DNA of 63,558 nt, filler included, from Folioceros fuciformis (Eukaryota), in assembly GCA_049999805.1 (NCBI GenBank). It is 5 parts of 5 records of this genome, joined end to end, with 100 filler letters (N's around TTAATTAATTAA, not from the genome) between each part and the next. Parts side by side here need not be neighbours in the genome. Positions count along the whole stretch, not along the records: positions 61,536 to 63,558 come from JBNGIO010006260.1; 4 more parts are not named here. One strand, 5' to 3'. A program made the position numbers and the translations under genes. Below the pieces are notes generated by a model that was not told the DNA's origin, searched no databases, and saw nothing but the letters and a program-made list of their open reading frames with translations. How positions within the stretch are numbered: the stretch's first letter is position 1; the number at the start of each line of letters is the position of its first letter. Positions 63,417 through 63,558 of the stretch are shown here, piece after piece.

Positions 63417-63487
63417 AGCGATTTCCCCTTCCATCCCGTCTTCGGCTTAGCGATTTCCCCTTCCATCCCGTCTTCGGCTTAGCGATT
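63417..63487. repeat. 32-bp tandem repeat, ~2.2 copies
   Basis: AGCGATTTCCCCTTCCATCCCGTCTTCGGCTT at 63417 and 63449. Confidence 0.95.
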
Positions 63488-63540
63488 CTCAGATGTGATC
63501 CCGCCTAAGCATTTTCTAAAATCTTGTGTGGCCGATACAT

Positions 63541-63553
63541 GGCTCTGATACCA
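63541..63553 (-). promoter_or_regulatory. Primer-binding site (tRNA-iMet)
   Basis: GGCTCTGATACCA on the + strand. Confidence 0.9.
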
Positions 63554-63558
63554 TGTGA

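Larger units (their letters stand above)
61536..63558 (-). mobile_element. 5' end of a Ty1/Copia element: LTR end, PBS, long leader, gag start (ATG at 61804)
   Basis: Gag LKEKDRFNGNQYHIWRVRM; perfect PBS TGGTATCAGAGCC directly after an LTR-type ...TCACA end. Confidence 0.8.

Noticed and set aside
62874..63482. 202-aa and overlapping ORFs in the Copia leader
   Set aside because: Pro/Arg-rich frames typical of GC-rich non-coding DNA, with no recognisable motifs.

Overview
Nuclear DNA from a land plant, probably a non-seed plant (inferred from ~70-170 nt introns, very tight gene packing and the gene set; the species cannot be determined). The window is five unrelated contigs joined by artificial 100-nt spacers (N44-TTAATTAATTAA-N44), so adjacency across a spacer has no biological meaning. 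Contig 1 (1-29511) starts with transposon debris: a CRE-like non-LTR remnant in a tandem-repeat array, a DNMT3-like cytosine methyltransferase fragment, and two broken Ty1/Copia elements, one carrying a solo-LTR-like insertion. It continues with HOTHEAD-like GMC oxidoreductase, COR413IM, NDUFB10 and an intronless STN7, and ends in LTR debris with a large inverted repeat. Contig 2 (29612-51197) is a dense gene block: bZIP19/23-like, CPP1, PnsB1, cyanase, a small TM protein, SDH6, CHMP7, an ARM-repeat protein, NdhN and a bacterial-like beta-helix gene. Contig 3 is a young Copia. Contig 4 is a 4759-bp tandem unit carrying a truncated P450. Contig 5 is a Copia 5' end. The best leads are the methyltransferase fragment, the CRE-like insertion into a repeated motif, the intron-containing bacterial-type beta-helix gene, the altered cyanase motif and a U12-type intron. 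All identifications come from motif recognition and recalled sequences; no database search was run.
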